Shown one piece after another: positions 40,503-50,730 of a DNA stretch of 64,000 bases. The position numbers were made by a program, and so were the translations under genes. The notes under the pieces are model-generated. The model did no database searches. It saw nothing but the letters and a program-made list of their open reading frames with translations, and was not told where the DNA came from. Numbering within the stretch: the stretch's first letter is position 1; each line of letters starts with the position of its first letter. Origin of the DNA: an uncultured delta proteobacterium (GTDB taxonomy: Bacteria > Desulfobacterota > RBG-13-43-22); the NCBI GenBank assembly GCA_963843145.1, contig CAWJJC010000005.1, positions 64,001-128,000 of the forward strand, in the 5' to 3' direction.

Positions 40503-41591
40503 CTAAATTCGAAATTCGAAGCTTTCCAAGACATCCCAGAAATTCTTATTGGGTATCTCTACCCCAATGGCCAGTACCAGCAACTCCGCCTGCCCGTCAG
40601 GCCAATTCCCAAGTTTCAGCGCATCCTTTTCGGTGGTCAGTAGCACCTCCGCTTTTAAGGAGGCCGCCTCCTCCAGGAGACGGTCTAGGTCTTTTTCCTG
40701 GTAGACCTGATGATCCCTGAAGGATTTCAAGCTCACCAATTCCACCTCCAACGTTTTCAAACTATGGCGAAAGGACTCCGGCTGACCGAGCCCGCAAAAG
40801 GCCAGCACCCGCTTTCCTTTTAACCAGGACAAGGGTTGGGATTCACCCTCCGGATATTTCCAGAGCCTTTGGGGAACATGGCGGGAAAAAAAAACGGGCA
40901 CCCCGGGATGGAGGGCTTTGATCTGTCCTTCCAGGGCGGACAGATCCCTGGCAGCGATCATTTCCGTGTGGCTGATGATGACCACATCGGCCCTGCTGAG
41001 CTGATTTCGGGGTTCTCGGAGGGTGCCCCGAGGGAGCAGGCCCCCTGTCCCAAAAGGTTCGTGGGCTGGAATGAGTAGTATATCGGCATTTCGCTCCAGA
41101 CCGACATGCTGGAACCCATCGTCCAAGATAGCCAGATCCACTCCCCAGCGTTCCCGAGAGAGTAAGCCGGACTGATAGCGGTTTTTCCCGATCACCACAG
41201 CTACCCCCGGCAATTGTTCTGCCAGCCAAAAGGGCTCTTCTCCCCCCTCTGAAAGGGTTCCGATTATTCCTTCCGGACTGGAAATGACCGCCCCTTTTGC
41301 ACTTTTATCTCCTCCGTACCCCCGGCTGAGGATGACCACCTTTCTTCCCTGTCGTCTGAAATGATCGGCAATTAAAGCCGTATGGGGGGTCTTGCCGGTT
41401 CCCCCGACGACCAGGTTTCCGATACTGATAACGCTCAGGGGCAATCGGTGAACCGGCAACAGTCCCCTTCGGTAAAGGGAGAGGCGTAAAAACACACCCA
41501 GTCCATAGATTCCCGAGGCCAGGCCCCCCAGTGGGGTTAAAAATGACTTAAACCAGCCGGACATTTTTTTCTTTACATTAATACAATCCAC
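40503..41591 (-). CDS. lpxK: Tetraacyldisaccharide 4'-kinase
   Basis: Motifs SIGNLVVGGTGKTP, LSRGYG, LDDGFQH, LLPRGTLRE, TTEKD. Confidence 0.95.
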   Translation of the reverse strand: MDCINVKKKMSGWFKSFLTPLGGLASGIYGLGVFLRLSLYRRGLLPVHRLPLSVISIGNLVVGGTGKTPHTALIADHFRRQGRKVVILSRGYGGDKSAKGAVISSPEGIIGTLSEGGEEPFWLAEQLPGVAVVIGKNRYQSGLLSRERWGVDLAILDDGFQHVGLERNADILLIPAHEPFGTGGLLPRGTLREPRNQLSRADVVIISHTEMIAARDLSALEGQIKALHPGVPVFFSRHVPQRLWKYPEGESQPLSWLKGKRVLAFCGLGQPESFRHSLKTLEVELVSLKSFRDHQVYQEKDLDRLLEEAASLKAEVLLTTEKDALKLGNWPDGQAELLVLAIGVEIPNKNFWDVLESFEFRI

Positions 41592-41601
41592 ATAGGTTTG
41601 G

Positions 41602-42768
41602 TTAGGATCGTCTTACCTTTTTTATTAGCCAGGCCGCCGCCTGTCTTAAGCGAGTCAACCCGGTGAGCTCTTTTTCCAGATAGGTCAGGCGGAACAGGTA
41701 AATACCGATAAGACCAACGATAATGTTGGGCAACCACAGACCGATAACCGGCGGCAGCGCCCCCCGCTCCCCTAAGCTGAAGGCCAGGGATAAAAATAAA
41801 TAGTAAATGAAGAAGACCGCTCCTCCCAGGATAATGGCCCAGGGACGACCGGCTACCTTGGACTGCAGGCCCAGGGGCAAGGCGATCATGCCCAAAACCA
41901 GGCAGGCAAAAGGGAGGCTGAACTTTTTGTAATATTCGATCTGGTAATTATAATACCTTTTTTCACTGGGCGAGGTTATGCGGATTCTTTCTCTTAACTC
42001 CGGGAGATACATTTCGGTTTCGCTTTTTTCCCTCTTTTCCTGGTCCGAGACGATCTGCTCCAGAGGCAGGAATAGATCATAGCTCTTAAAGAAAACAGTC
42101 TGGGCGCTTTTGGATTTCAAAGAAACGTTATAAATATGCCCGTTTTCCAGTCGCAGGTTCAAGGAACGCTCTTTGGGATTAGGGATCAGCCACCCCCGTT
42201 TGGCGATAATCGTCTGAGGAAGGTCTTTTTCCCGTTGGTCAAAGATAAAGACATCTTCCAATAAACCGTCCCCGTGCACCCTCTGAATATAAAAAACCAG
42301 CTCTTTAAATTCGTTATAAAAAACCCGTTCTTTCAAACTGACCTTGGCCTGCACTACGGCGACCTGAAACAGGAGATTTTTCAGCGAGTGCTCCCCCCAG
42401 GGCTGGGCAACCATGGCCGCAAACCCGGTCAGGATAGTTCCGGAGAGGCTCAAAATCAAAACCGGCGGCAAAAGCTGAAAGAAACTTAATCCCGAGCCCT
42501 TCAAGGCCGTGACCTCGTTATCGCTGGCCAGGCGCAAAAAACCTAAGAGGATCGAGATAAAAAATGACATGGGTATAATATAGACCATCAAAAAAGGAAG
42601 CGTATAGCCCAGCAGGCGGAGGATATTGAAGACTCCGACCCCCTTTTGAACGATCATCTCGATGAGCTGCATCAGGTTCCCTAAAATAAAAATCAAGGTG
42701 AACACGGTCAAGGTTACCCCGAAAGGGGTCAGAATTTCCTTAAGGATGTATTTGGTGATAATTCGCAT
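41602..42768 (-). CDS. lptF: LPS export ABC transporter permease LptF
   Basis: Motifs IITKYILKE, RLASDNEVTALK, IIAKRG, LWLPN; YjgP/Q topology. Confidence 0.85.
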   Translation of the reverse strand: MRIITKYILKEILTPFGVTLTVFTLIFILGNLMQLIEMIVQKGVGVFNILRLLGYTLPFLMVYIIPMSFFISILLGFLRLASDNEVTALKGSGLSFFQLLPPVLILSLSGTILTGFAAMVAQPWGEHSLKNLLFQVAVVQAKVSLKERVFYNEFKELVFYIQRVHGDGLLEDVFIFDQREKDLPQTIIAKRGWLIPNPKERSLNLRLENGHIYNVSLKSKSAQTVFFKSYDLFLPLEQIVSDQEKREKSETEMYLPELRERIRITSPSEKRYYNYQIEYYKKFSLPFACLVLGMIALPLGLQSKVAGRPWAIILGGAVFFIYYLFLSLAFSLGERGALPPVIGLWLPNIIVGLIGIYLFRLTYLEKELTGLTRLRQAAAWLIKKVRRS

Positions 42769-42822
42769 CGTTTTTTTTGGACGCTTCACCCCTTGGGGTG
42801 GGTTTCCCCGCCTATTGGCTAA

Positions 42823-43042
42823 GGCGGCCGGGTCTCGGCGAAAAGGTTTTCCAAAGGTACTCCGGACTTCGAATCCGGGCCAAAATTACTAACTCTATAT
42901 AAGGCAGGCCCAAACTCAGAGACTTTTGATGCCTCCCAGGCTGGCCCTGCCTCCGGAAAGATTTAAAAACACGGGGGCCGGGTTAGAACCGAAAAAGTCC
43001 AGTCTGAGGGGGAGAAAACCTTTTCGCCGAGACCCGGCCGCC
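42823..43042. repeat. ~220-bp element with ~29-bp perfect terminal inverted repeats (MITE/REPIN-like or structured RNA), copy 1
   Basis: GGCGGCCGGGTCTCGGCGAAAAGGTTTTC ... GAAAACCTTTTCGCCGAGACCCGGCCGCC; inverted homolog at 51832-52043. Confidence 0.88.
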
Positions 43043-43130
43043 GCGGAGGCTCGATTTCAAGTTAATCTACTTAAGGGGATGGACACCCATCCCAAGAGAC
43101 GAACAATCCTTCGTTGCTTTGCCTAGAAAA

Positions 43131-44597
43131 TCAATTCCTAACATAAAAAACTTCGAAGGTTTTGACCACCTTTTCTTTCCGGAAGATCTGGATCTCCCGG
43201 AGTTTATCGATTTTTGAAAAAAGACCCCGGGCTTTTTCCCGGTCCTGGGGACAATGGTCCTGATAACAGACCAGCAGGGCCCCCTGATTTTTCAGCTCGG
43301 GCAGCGAAGTCCAGATATTGCGCGCCGATTTGCCGAAAGAATAGGGCCAGGGATGCTGGGGCGTGTAAAAGGAAATGACCCCGGCCAGTTGGTAATCGTC
43401 GGCGACCACGAACACCTTTTCCTGATTCGGAAAGACCTGGGCGTATTCCCGCCCTAAACCCTGCCCCAATTCCCTCCAACCCCTCATTTCCAGGGTCCGG
43501 TCCTGTTGGGCGGCGACCGGCAGGTAAGGGAAGAAGATATGGACGGCGATCAGCATCACCGGAAACCAACCGGTCAAAAACACCGCCCCTCCCCCTACCC
43601 ATTTTCGGACCCTGGATATCCGGGGCCACTTTTCCGCCAGGCTTTTTCCCAAAAGGACCGCCCCGAAAAGCCAGGCGACGTTCCCCCAACTGGGGTCGGT
43701 GTACTTTCCTTTAAAGGCCGCCAGGGTGAAAACCAGCAACGGTACCCCGGTCAAAAAAAGCAGATAGGCCGAAGGGTCATCCCGCCAGCCGCCCCCGCGA
43801 CAGGCCCGGGTCCAGGCCCCGGCCAGGAGGAAAAACAACACCGGCCCCAGAATCAGGGGTTGCCCGAACACGAAAGCCAGGGCCTGAATTCCGAACTTTC
43901 CCCCGGTCAAGCCTTTTTCCAACTGCGATCCCAGAGAAATCCAGCCGTTCAGATAGTTCCAGTAGAGAAAGGGGGAAAACAAAAGGAGCCCTAAACCCAG
44001 GGCGGCCCAGAGGTGCGGATTGCGGAAGGCCTTTCGTCTTTCCGGCGAAGACACCAAAAACAAAAAGGCGGCTCCCAAAAACAGAACGGCGGTGAACTTG
44101 GAAAGGAGGGCCAGTCCCCAGGCGATTCCGGCCCGATAATAGGCCGCGTTGCTTTTTGAGGCCCAAGCCCGCCAAAACTCCATGGCCGCCCAACTGTAAA
44201 AAACCATCAGGGGCGTATCAATGATAAAGATGATACTGCCCACGGCATACAAGGGAGCCGCCTCCAGCAGCAGGACGCTAAAAAAAGCCGCGCGGACGCC
44301 GAACTGCCTCCGGGCTAATTGAAAGATCAGGATAAAAACCAACAGGGTCAGAACCTGGGACCCGATTTCCAGTGCCCATTGATTAACCCCCAGCAGGGTG
44401 GTGCACAACCGGATCGCCCAAGCGACCATGGGCGGATGTTCGTAGTAGCCCCAGGACAGGAAACGCGACCAGACCCAGTGGTCGGCTTCATCCGGGTGCA
44501 GGTCCAGCAGCATTCCCAGAGACAGCCAAATGAGCAGGTGGCCGGCCAGCAGGGCGTAAAAGCCCCATTGATACGGTCGATCGTTATTGGAAATCAT
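43131..44597 (-). CDS. ArnT/PMT_2-like (GT-C) membrane glycosyltransferase
   Basis: Motifs PDEADHWVWS, GYYEHPPM, DTPL, LLSKFT; many TM segments. Confidence 0.85.
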   Translation of the reverse strand: MISNNDRPYQWGFYALLAGHLLIWLSLGMLLDLHPDEADHWVWSRFLSWGYYEHPPMVAWAIRLCTTLLGVNQWALEIGSQVLTLLVFILIFQLARRQFGVRAAFFSVLLLEAAPLYAVGSIIFIIDTPLMVFYSWAAMEFWRAWASKSNAAYYRAGIAWGLALLSKFTAVLFLGAAFLFLVSSPERRKAFRNPHLWAALGLGLLLFSPFLYWNYLNGWISLGSQLEKGLTGGKFGIQALAFVFGQPLILGPVLFFLLAGAWTRACRGGGWRDDPSAYLLFLTGVPLLVFTLAAFKGKYTDPSWGNVAWLFGAVLLGKSLAEKWPRISRVRKWVGGGAVFLTGWFPVMLIAVHIFFPYLPVAAQQDRTLEMRGWRELGQGLGREYAQVFPNQEKVFVVADDYQLAGVISFYTPQHPWPYSFGKSARNIWTSLPELKNQGALLVCYQDHCPQDREKARGLFSKIDKLREIQIFRKEKVVKTFEVFYVRN

Positions 44598-45460
44598 TAC
44601 CCTCCCAGCGGATCCGCCGGCTCGGCCGCCTGTTTCAGGGCCGGTAAAACGTCGGATAGGGATTGCAGCCGAAAACGGGCCAGCAAGGTTTCAAACTTTT
44701 TTCGGGGATCCCCCGGGTGCAGGTGCAGCCAGCGGGCCTTCAATTCCCGGATCAACCGCTTCGGCCGGGGCCAGAGATCCCAGGGGTGGAAATAAAACAA
44801 ATTATAACGGCCTTGTTGCAGAACCCGGCGGGCAAAAAACCGAATAGCCGCCCAGGGCCAGAGATTAAAATAAAGTCCCCCCGAATACGGGACCCGCCGG
44901 GTTCCCCAGGCATAGACCGACACCGGGATCTCCAGGAGTTTAAGGGAGCGGCCTTGGACCCGGGGATAAAAAGGGCGCAGCGGGGCGGTGGGAATACCGT
45001 ACAAAAAATTCTTGATCGGGAAAATGGAAGCGTCGTAGGCCAGGCCAAAGGATTCGAGGATTTCCAGGGCCCAGAGGGTATCCGGCCCGATGGACCAGGA
45101 AGGGGCGCGGAAGCCTAAGGGCGGATTTCCGGCCAGGTCCCGGAAAACCCGGAGCGAGACTTCCAGGTCCCGGCGAAAACCCTCGGGTCCCCGATCCCGC
45201 AGGAGATGATGCTCATACCCGTGGAGGGCCAGTTCCTGTCCGGCCTCCAGGATCAGTTCGCCGATCCTGGGGCGCTTCTCCAATAAGCGCCCCAGGACAA
45301 AGAAGGTCCCCCTCGCCCGATGCGTGCGGCAGAGCGCTAAAATCCCTTGAAGACGATCCACCAGCGAGCGCTGGTCCTCTTGCCGGTCGAAGCGCTCAAA
45401 ATCGGTGCGCGGATAATTGATATGATACCAGTCTTCGATATCAAAGGTGAGGAGGTTCAT
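44597..45460 (-). CDS. Polysaccharide deacetylase, DUF3473-containing type
   Basis: Motifs LTFDIEDWY, TFFVLG, HGYEH, GFRAPSWS, YDASIFP, YFHPW. Confidence 0.88.
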   Translation of the reverse strand: MNLLTFDIEDWYHINYPRTDFERFDRQEDQRSLVDRLQGILALCRTHRARGTFFVLGRLLEKRPRIGELILEAGQELALHGYEHHLLRDRGPEGFRRDLEVSLRVFRDLAGNPPLGFRAPSWSIGPDTLWALEILESFGLAYDASIFPIKNFLYGIPTAPLRPFYPRVQGRSLKLLEIPVSVYAWGTRRVPYSGGLYFNLWPWAAIRFFARRVLQQGRYNLFYFHPWDLWPRPKRLIRELKARWLHLHPGDPRKKFETLLARFRLQSLSDVLPALKQAAEPADPLGG

Positions 45461-45500
45461 TACCGCCTAATTTATGCCGTTCAGGATGTGAGCAGAGATG

Positions 45501-45644
45501 AACATCGAACATCGAACGTCCAACATCGAATGTTAAATGAAAAATGATGAAGAAACAGACTTGATCTGGAAGAAAGTCTGATTTCAAATACCAGAATTGG
45601 ATGTTTGTTTTTCATTCGATGTTGGACGTTCGATGTTCGATGTT
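45501..45644. repeat. Perfect 32-bp inverted repeat built from CGAACAT heptamers, 80-bp spacer
   Basis: AACATCGAACATCGAACGTCCAACATCGAATG (45501-45532) with its exact reverse complement at 45613-45644. Confidence 0.9.
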
Positions 45645-45698
45645 TGTCTTGTTTATTGACCCTTCCGAAGTCCATCCGGAATAAAAATAACTGAGCGA

Positions 45699-46070
45699 TT
45701 ATAGGCCCGGATCCCCATCCCGTCGGGAAAGCGTGTCCACCCGGTCCCTAAGCAGAGCCACTTCCTGGGCCAGGATGCGTTTTTTGGTCTTAAAGTCCGA
45801 AAGCTGGATGGAAAAATGAATTAGAATAAAAATGGTGACTACATTGAAGAAAAGGAACAACGCGGTCGGGCCGTAGTCAATCCCCAGCCAATGGGCGACC
45901 CGGTCGATCAGGGGATGGAAAAATGACAACCCTAAAAACACGCCGGCGATCATAATCCACAAAAAAGAATATTCTTCCATCAGCCTTCTCCGCCGGATCA
46001 GGGAAAAAATCCAAAAGAACAGAAACAAGGAAAGCAGCAGGGTGCTGATTTTCAACAGAACAAAATTCAT
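45699..46070 (-). CDS. DUF2304 family small membrane protein
   Basis: LIRRRRL, YSFLW, LGIDYGP, LAQEVAL; directly follows a GT2 gene as is typical. Confidence 0.8.
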   Translation of the reverse strand: MNFVLLKISTLLLSLFLFFWIFSLIRRRRLMEEYSFLWIMIAGVFLGLSFFHPLIDRVAHWLGIDYGPTALFLFFNVVTIFILIHFSIQLSDFKTKKRILAQEVALLRDRVDTLSRRDGDPGL

Positions 46071-46073
46071 GGG

Positions 46074-46787
46074 TTACCTCCGCCGACGTTTTTTGAAGGA
46101 AAGGATGGAGATCAAGACCCGAACCATGTAATAAACGCTTTTTATCGGGGTGATGGAAGAAACTCCGGCCGGACGGGTGCGCATCTTGACCGGTATCTCC
46201 ACCAGGCGGCAGCCGCTGGCATCCAGGTAACTGATCGATTCCGGTTCCGGGTATTCACCCAGATAATTTTTGGCCAGGATCGCGATGGCCCGTTCCGAAT
46301 AGGCCCGGAATCCGGAAGTATTGTCCACGATCCGCTGGCCCACGATCAAGGCGTTGGCCCCTTGAAAAATCAGGTTGCCCAGACGGCGCAGCCAGGACCC
46401 CCGGTAGCCGGTCGGGGCGATGAAACGGGAACCGATCACCAGGTCCGCTTTTTGATCCTCCAGGGTTTTTAGCAGCCGGGGAGCTTCTTCGGCCGGATGT
46501 TGATAATCCGCGTCGATCTGGATAGCGGCGGTGTAGTGGTGGGCCGCGGCATATTGAAACCCGGTCTGCACCGCCGCGCCAATCCCCAGGTTAAAAGGCA
46601 GGTCAATCACTCTGACCCCCGCCTGTCTGGCCCGAGCGGCGGTCTGATCGCTGGAGCCGTCATTGATGACCAGGATGTCAGGCTCGGGGAGGTGGGCGCG
46701 GATGTCTTCCAGCACCCGGGAGATATTGTCTTCCTCCTGATAGGCCGGGATAATAATGAGGACCTTGGCCAAGCGCTGGTTTTCCAT
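46074..46787 (-). CDS. GT2 polyprenol-phosphate glycosyltransferase (DPM1/ArnC-like); likely start 46787
   Basis: Motifs IIPAYQEE, NDGSSD, NLGIGAAVQTG, DADYQH, GSRF, TSGFRA. Confidence 0.9.
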   Translation of the reverse strand: MENQRLAKVLIIIPAYQEEDNISRVLEDIRAHLPEPDILVINDGSSDQTAARARQAGVRVIDLPFNLGIGAAVQTGFQYAAAHHYTAAIQIDADYQHPAEEAPRLLKTLEDQKADLVIGSRFIAPTGYRGSWLRRLGNLIFQGANALIVGQRIVDNTSGFRAYSERAIAILAKNYLGEYPEPESISYLDASGCRLVEIPVKMRTRPAGVSSITPIKSVYYMVRVLISILSFKKRRRR

Positions 46788-47843
46788 CAGGCGATAACCA
46801 ACCGGCGGATTAAACGGCTCCCCAGCCATTGGGTCCAGGACAAAGGAAGTCGAGGCCAGAACGTTGCCGCCAGGTGGTAGGTGAGGGACTGCCGGGCTTC
46901 CCCTATCGAGCGGACTCTCCCGCCGTTTTTGTCCCGTGGGTAGAGGTAGCGCAAGGGGCGGGGCTGGGCCTTCCACTGGCGTTTAAATTGATAGGTCCCC
47001 GAACCCGACTGGCTGCGGCAAAAACTGAAATAAGAGGCCCCCGACTCCCAGGTGTCCCGAAGGGCGGTCTGGTACAATAACTGGTTCGGATGTTCGTTTT
47101 GATGGTCCGTCAAACTGGCTACATAGGGGGCGCTGACACTGTCCCGATAACGGAAAAGGAGCATCCCGGCCACCGGAACCGCCCCTTTATAGACCAAGAG
47201 CAATCGGCAGCGATCAGGAAACACCTGCAGGATTTTTCTGAAAAAACCTCAACGGATAAACCGGGAAAAACAGTTCCCGCATCCTTATTGAAAAAACCCG
47301 ATAAAAATCTTCAAGCAGCTCTTTTCCCACGCCCTGGCGCACCACCAGGCCCGACTGCCGGGCTTTTCTGGCCTGGCGCAGACGGGGGCCGACCTGTTTT
47401 TCAAAGACCTTCCAATCACCCGGCAATTCCAGAATCATTTCCACATGCTCTTGATTGGCCGGGATCTCGGGGTCCTGGAGAGCCTCTAATTCCCGCAATT
47501 CCACGGTATCGGCCTTCAAGGTTTCCGCTTGGGCGTTGACGGCCGCCAGCATCCCCTCCCGCAGCGCCGGGTCGAGGGTCCATAAACCGGCCCGGGTCTG
47601 GTAAGGCAGGGAAATGAGATGCCGGCCGCCGCCGATCCAGGGGCTCTTCATCAGGACCAAAGGGCAGAGGCCTCGAACCCGACCCCGGTCTTCGACCAGG
47701 AGATAATAGGTCTTGAGACCCAGCGATTCCTCATAGACCCGGCGCCAACCATAGAGCAAGGAATAGGGGGCCTCCGCAAACTGCTCCAGCCCTTGATCCC
47801 AGGCCGTTTCCCCCTCCCCTGCCGACAGCCATTTCCAATCCAC
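46787..47843 (-). pseudogene. FemAB-related/GNAT-fold protein, frameshifted near 47235 (homopolymer runs)
   Basis: N-part LISLPY, VELRE, RQARKA, GL; C-part PNQLLY, FCRS, GTYQFKRQW. Confidence 0.75.
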
Positions 47844-47846
47844 CGG

Positions 47847-49577
47847 TTAATCCTCGTCGCCCTTATTCCGGAACTGAATCTCATAGATCCTCCGGTATTC
47901 CCCATTCAATTGCCACAGCTCCTCGTGTCTTCCCTGCTCCACGATCCGGCCGTCGGCGATGACGATAATCCGATCGGCCTTGCGGATGGTGGAAAAGCGA
48001 TGGGCGATGACCAGGGTTGTCCGCCCGGTCATCAGGTTTTCCAGTGCCCGCTGAACCTCGGCCTCCGAATCGGAATCCAGGGCCGAAGTGGCTTCATCCA
48101 GGATCAGGATGGGGGCGTCCTTCAGTAGCGCCCGGGCAATGGAAATCCGCTGGCGCTCGCCGCCGGACAAACGGATCCCCTGTTCGCCGATGAGGGTTTC
48201 CATTTTATCCGGGAGCCGGTCGATAAAATCATAGGCATAAGCGGCTCGGGCCGCCTGGAGTATCTCTTCCTCGCTTTTTTGGGGCGATCCATAACGAATA
48301 TTGTTACGAACCGTATCGTTGAAGAGGATGGTTTGTTGGGTCACGATGCCGATCTGTCGGCGTAAGGAGGCCTGGGTAAACGACTGGATCGGCCGGCCGT
48401 CGATCAGGATTTCCCCTTCCGTCCTCTCGTAAAAACGCGGAATAAGGTTGACCAGAGTCGTTTTACCGCCGCCGCTGGTCCCGACCAGGGCGATGACTTC
48501 TCCGGAGCGGACTTCCAGATTGATGTGCCGGAGGACCCAATCCCGGTCGTAACGGAAGGAAACGTCTCTAAAGACAATGCCCTGCCGTACTTCCCGGAGC
48601 GGCGCGGCTCCGGCCTGATCCTCAATCTCCGGTTTCAGATCCAGGACCTCGTAAACCCGAACGGCGGCCGCCAGACCCTGCTGAATGGTGTTGTTGACCC
48701 CGCTTAAGTGTTTAATCGGTTCGTAAAGCATCAACAGGGCCGTCAGAAAGGAAAAGAAAGTTCCGGGGGTGGAGGTCCCCTGGATGACGTTATAGCCGCC
48801 ATACCAGATGATGGCGGCAATCCCGATGCCCCCCAGGAATTCCATGATGGGGGAAGACATGGATTTGACCGAAACGTCTTTCATGGTCAAATCAAAAAAT
48901 CGTTGGTTGCTCTCCCGGAAGCGTTCCACTTCCCGGTCCTCCATTCCAAAGGCCTTGACGATCCGGTTTCCGGACAAGGTTTCGTGGAGATGGATGGAGA
49001 TGACCGCCATGGTTTTTTGACTCTGGGTGCTGATCTTCCGGAGCTTGCGCCCGAATTTAACAATCGGCAGCACCGCGATCGGCAGCACCAAAATGGCTAA
49101 GCCGGCCAATTGCCAGTCCCGGTAGAAAATGACCGCCACCAGACCGATAATGGTAAACAGGTCTTTCAGTATCCCGGTGACGGCACCGGAAACCGCCCCC
49201 TGAATCAGGTTGACATCGTTGATGATCCGGGACATCAACAGCCCGGTGGAGGTCCGATCAAAATAAGAAAGGGACAACCGCTGCAGGTGGCTGTACAGGT
49301 TTTCCCGGAGGTTGGCCACAATCCGCTGGCCCACGTAGCTCATCAGGTAGGACTGGCCGTAACCGAACCCTCCTTTGACGATATAGAGCAGGATAATAAA
49401 GGGCGGCAACAGGGAAAGGGTAGCCATATTCTTCTGGAAAAAAATATCGTCCAGCACCGGTTTGACCAGATAGGCCATCAGGGCGGTGACCCCGGCTACC
49501 ACGGCCATGCAGACCATGGCCAGAACCAGGCGGAACCAATAGGGTTTGACTAAAGAGAGTAGCCGTTCCGTCATCAT
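47847..49577 (-). CDS. msbA: Lipid A flippase MsbA; likely start 49577
   Basis: Six-TM domain; GTSGGGKTT, LSGGERQR, LDEATSALD; follows lpxB. Confidence 0.9.
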   Translation of the reverse strand: MMTERLLSLVKPYWFRLVLAMVCMAVVAGVTALMAYLVKPVLDDIFFQKNMATLSLLPPFIILLYIVKGGFGYGQSYLMSYVGQRIVANLRENLYSHLQRLSLSYFDRTSTGLLMSRIINDVNLIQGAVSGAVTGILKDLFTIIGLVAVIFYRDWQLAGLAILVLPIAVLPIVKFGRKLRKISTQSQKTMAVISIHLHETLSGNRIVKAFGMEDREVERFRESNQRFFDLTMKDVSVKSMSSPIMEFLGGIGIAAIIWYGGYNVIQGTSTPGTFFSFLTALLMLYEPIKHLSGVNNTIQQGLAAAVRVYEVLDLKPEIEDQAGAAPLREVRQGIVFRDVSFRYDRDWVLRHINLEVRSGEVIALVGTSGGGKTTLVNLIPRFYERTEGEILIDGRPIQSFTQASLRRQIGIVTQQTILFNDTVRNNIRYGSPQKSEEEILQAARAAYAYDFIDRLPDKMETLIGEQGIRLSGGERQRISIARALLKDAPILILDEATSALDSDSEAEVQRALENLMTGRTTLVIAHRFSTIRKADRIIVIADGRIVEQGRHEELWQLNGEYRRIYEIQFRNKGDED

Positions 49578-50725
49578 CCGCTCAGCATTTCCAGGGCCAT
49601 CCGGGCTACCCGGCGGGAAGCTCCCGGCCCTCCCAATTTTTGTCTGACCAAGTCCATTTTCGTCCGCAGGTCCTCTCGTTGGGCCGGGTCGTTCAGCAAG
49701 CGCCAGGCCTCTTCGGTCAGGGCCTGCGGATGGGCCTGATCCTGGACGAATTCGGAAATAATTTTTTCCCCGGCAATCCAGTTCACCAGTCCGATATAAG
49801 GCACTTTGATCAATCGTTTGGCAATCCAATAGTTGACCGCTGAAACCTTATAGACAATGATCATCGGGACCCCAAAAATAGCCGCCTCCAGGGTGGCCGT
49901 TCCCGAAGTCACCAGGACCAGATCAGAACGTTTCAGGGCCGCCGGGGAAACCCCGGAGATCAGCCGCAGGGAAAGCCCCCGCTCCTGATAGGGAGCGGCC
50001 TTTTCCCGGATGACCTGGGGATCGAGCGAAGGGGCTATGGGCAGCCAAAAAACCAACGAGCCCGCGAATCGTTGCTTCAAGGCCCAGGCGGTATCCAGCA
50101 GGACCGGCAGGAGTTGATTGACTTCCGTCGGACGGCTTCCCGGCAACAGTCCGATGACGGTACTTTCCGGTTCGACCCCGGGGAGATCGGGGTCGGCTTT
50201 CAGGGAGAGGGTCTCTTCCAGCACGTCCCCCAGGGGATGACCCACAAATTCCACCGTCATCCCGCGGGCCCGGTAAAATTCCTCTTCAAAAGGAAGGATG
50301 ACGGCCATGCGGTCCACTACCCGGGCAATGGTTTTGACCCGGCCGGCGCGCCAGGCCCAGACCTGGGGACTGATATAAAAAAGGACGGGGATCTTCCGCC
50401 GGTGGGCGAAACGGGCCAGGCGCAAATTGAGTTCGGGATAATCAATCAACACCAGCAGATCGGCGGCCCGATCCACCAGGGTTCGCTTTACCTTTTGAAA
50501 AGCCCGGAAAATATGAGCGATCTTGGCCACCACCTCGGTAAAGCCGACCACGTTCAGCGGTGGGGGATAGACCATCTCCACCCCCGCCTCCCTCAAGCGA
50601 GGTCCCCCCAGTCCAAAAAAAACGAGGGATCCCCCTAATTCCTTTAAGGCCTTGACCAGGGCGGCCCCGTGCAGATCCCCGGAGGCCTCGCCCGCGATAA
50701 TGCAGATTTGTTTAATCGGTTTCAC
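49574..50725 (-). CDS. lpxB: Lipid-A-disaccharide synthase
   Basis: Motifs AGEASGDLHG, IDYP, SPQVWAWR, FVGHP, LLPGSR, SGTATLE. Confidence 0.96.
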   Translation of the reverse strand: MKPIKQICIIAGEASGDLHGAALVKALKELGGSLVFFGLGGPRLREAGVEMVYPPPLNVVGFTEVVAKIAHIFRAFQKVKRTLVDRAADLLVLIDYPELNLRLARFAHRRKIPVLFYISPQVWAWRAGRVKTIARVVDRMAVILPFEEEFYRARGMTVEFVGHPLGDVLEETLSLKADPDLPGVEPESTVIGLLPGSRPTEVNQLLPVLLDTAWALKQRFAGSLVFWLPIAPSLDPQVIREKAAPYQERGLSLRLISGVSPAALKRSDLVLVTSGTATLEAAIFGVPMIIVYKVSAVNYWIAKRLIKVPYIGLVNWIAGEKIISEFVQDQAHPQALTEEAWRLLNDPAQREDLRTKMDLVRQKLGGPGASRRVARMALEMLSG

Positions 50726-50730
50726 TAAGT

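Noticed and set aside
45347-45675. Short ORFs containing HRTSNVQHRM on both strands; similar ORFs at 7898-8083, 42926-43126 and 51810-52190
   Set aside because: Translations of palindromic repeat DNA, not credible proteins.
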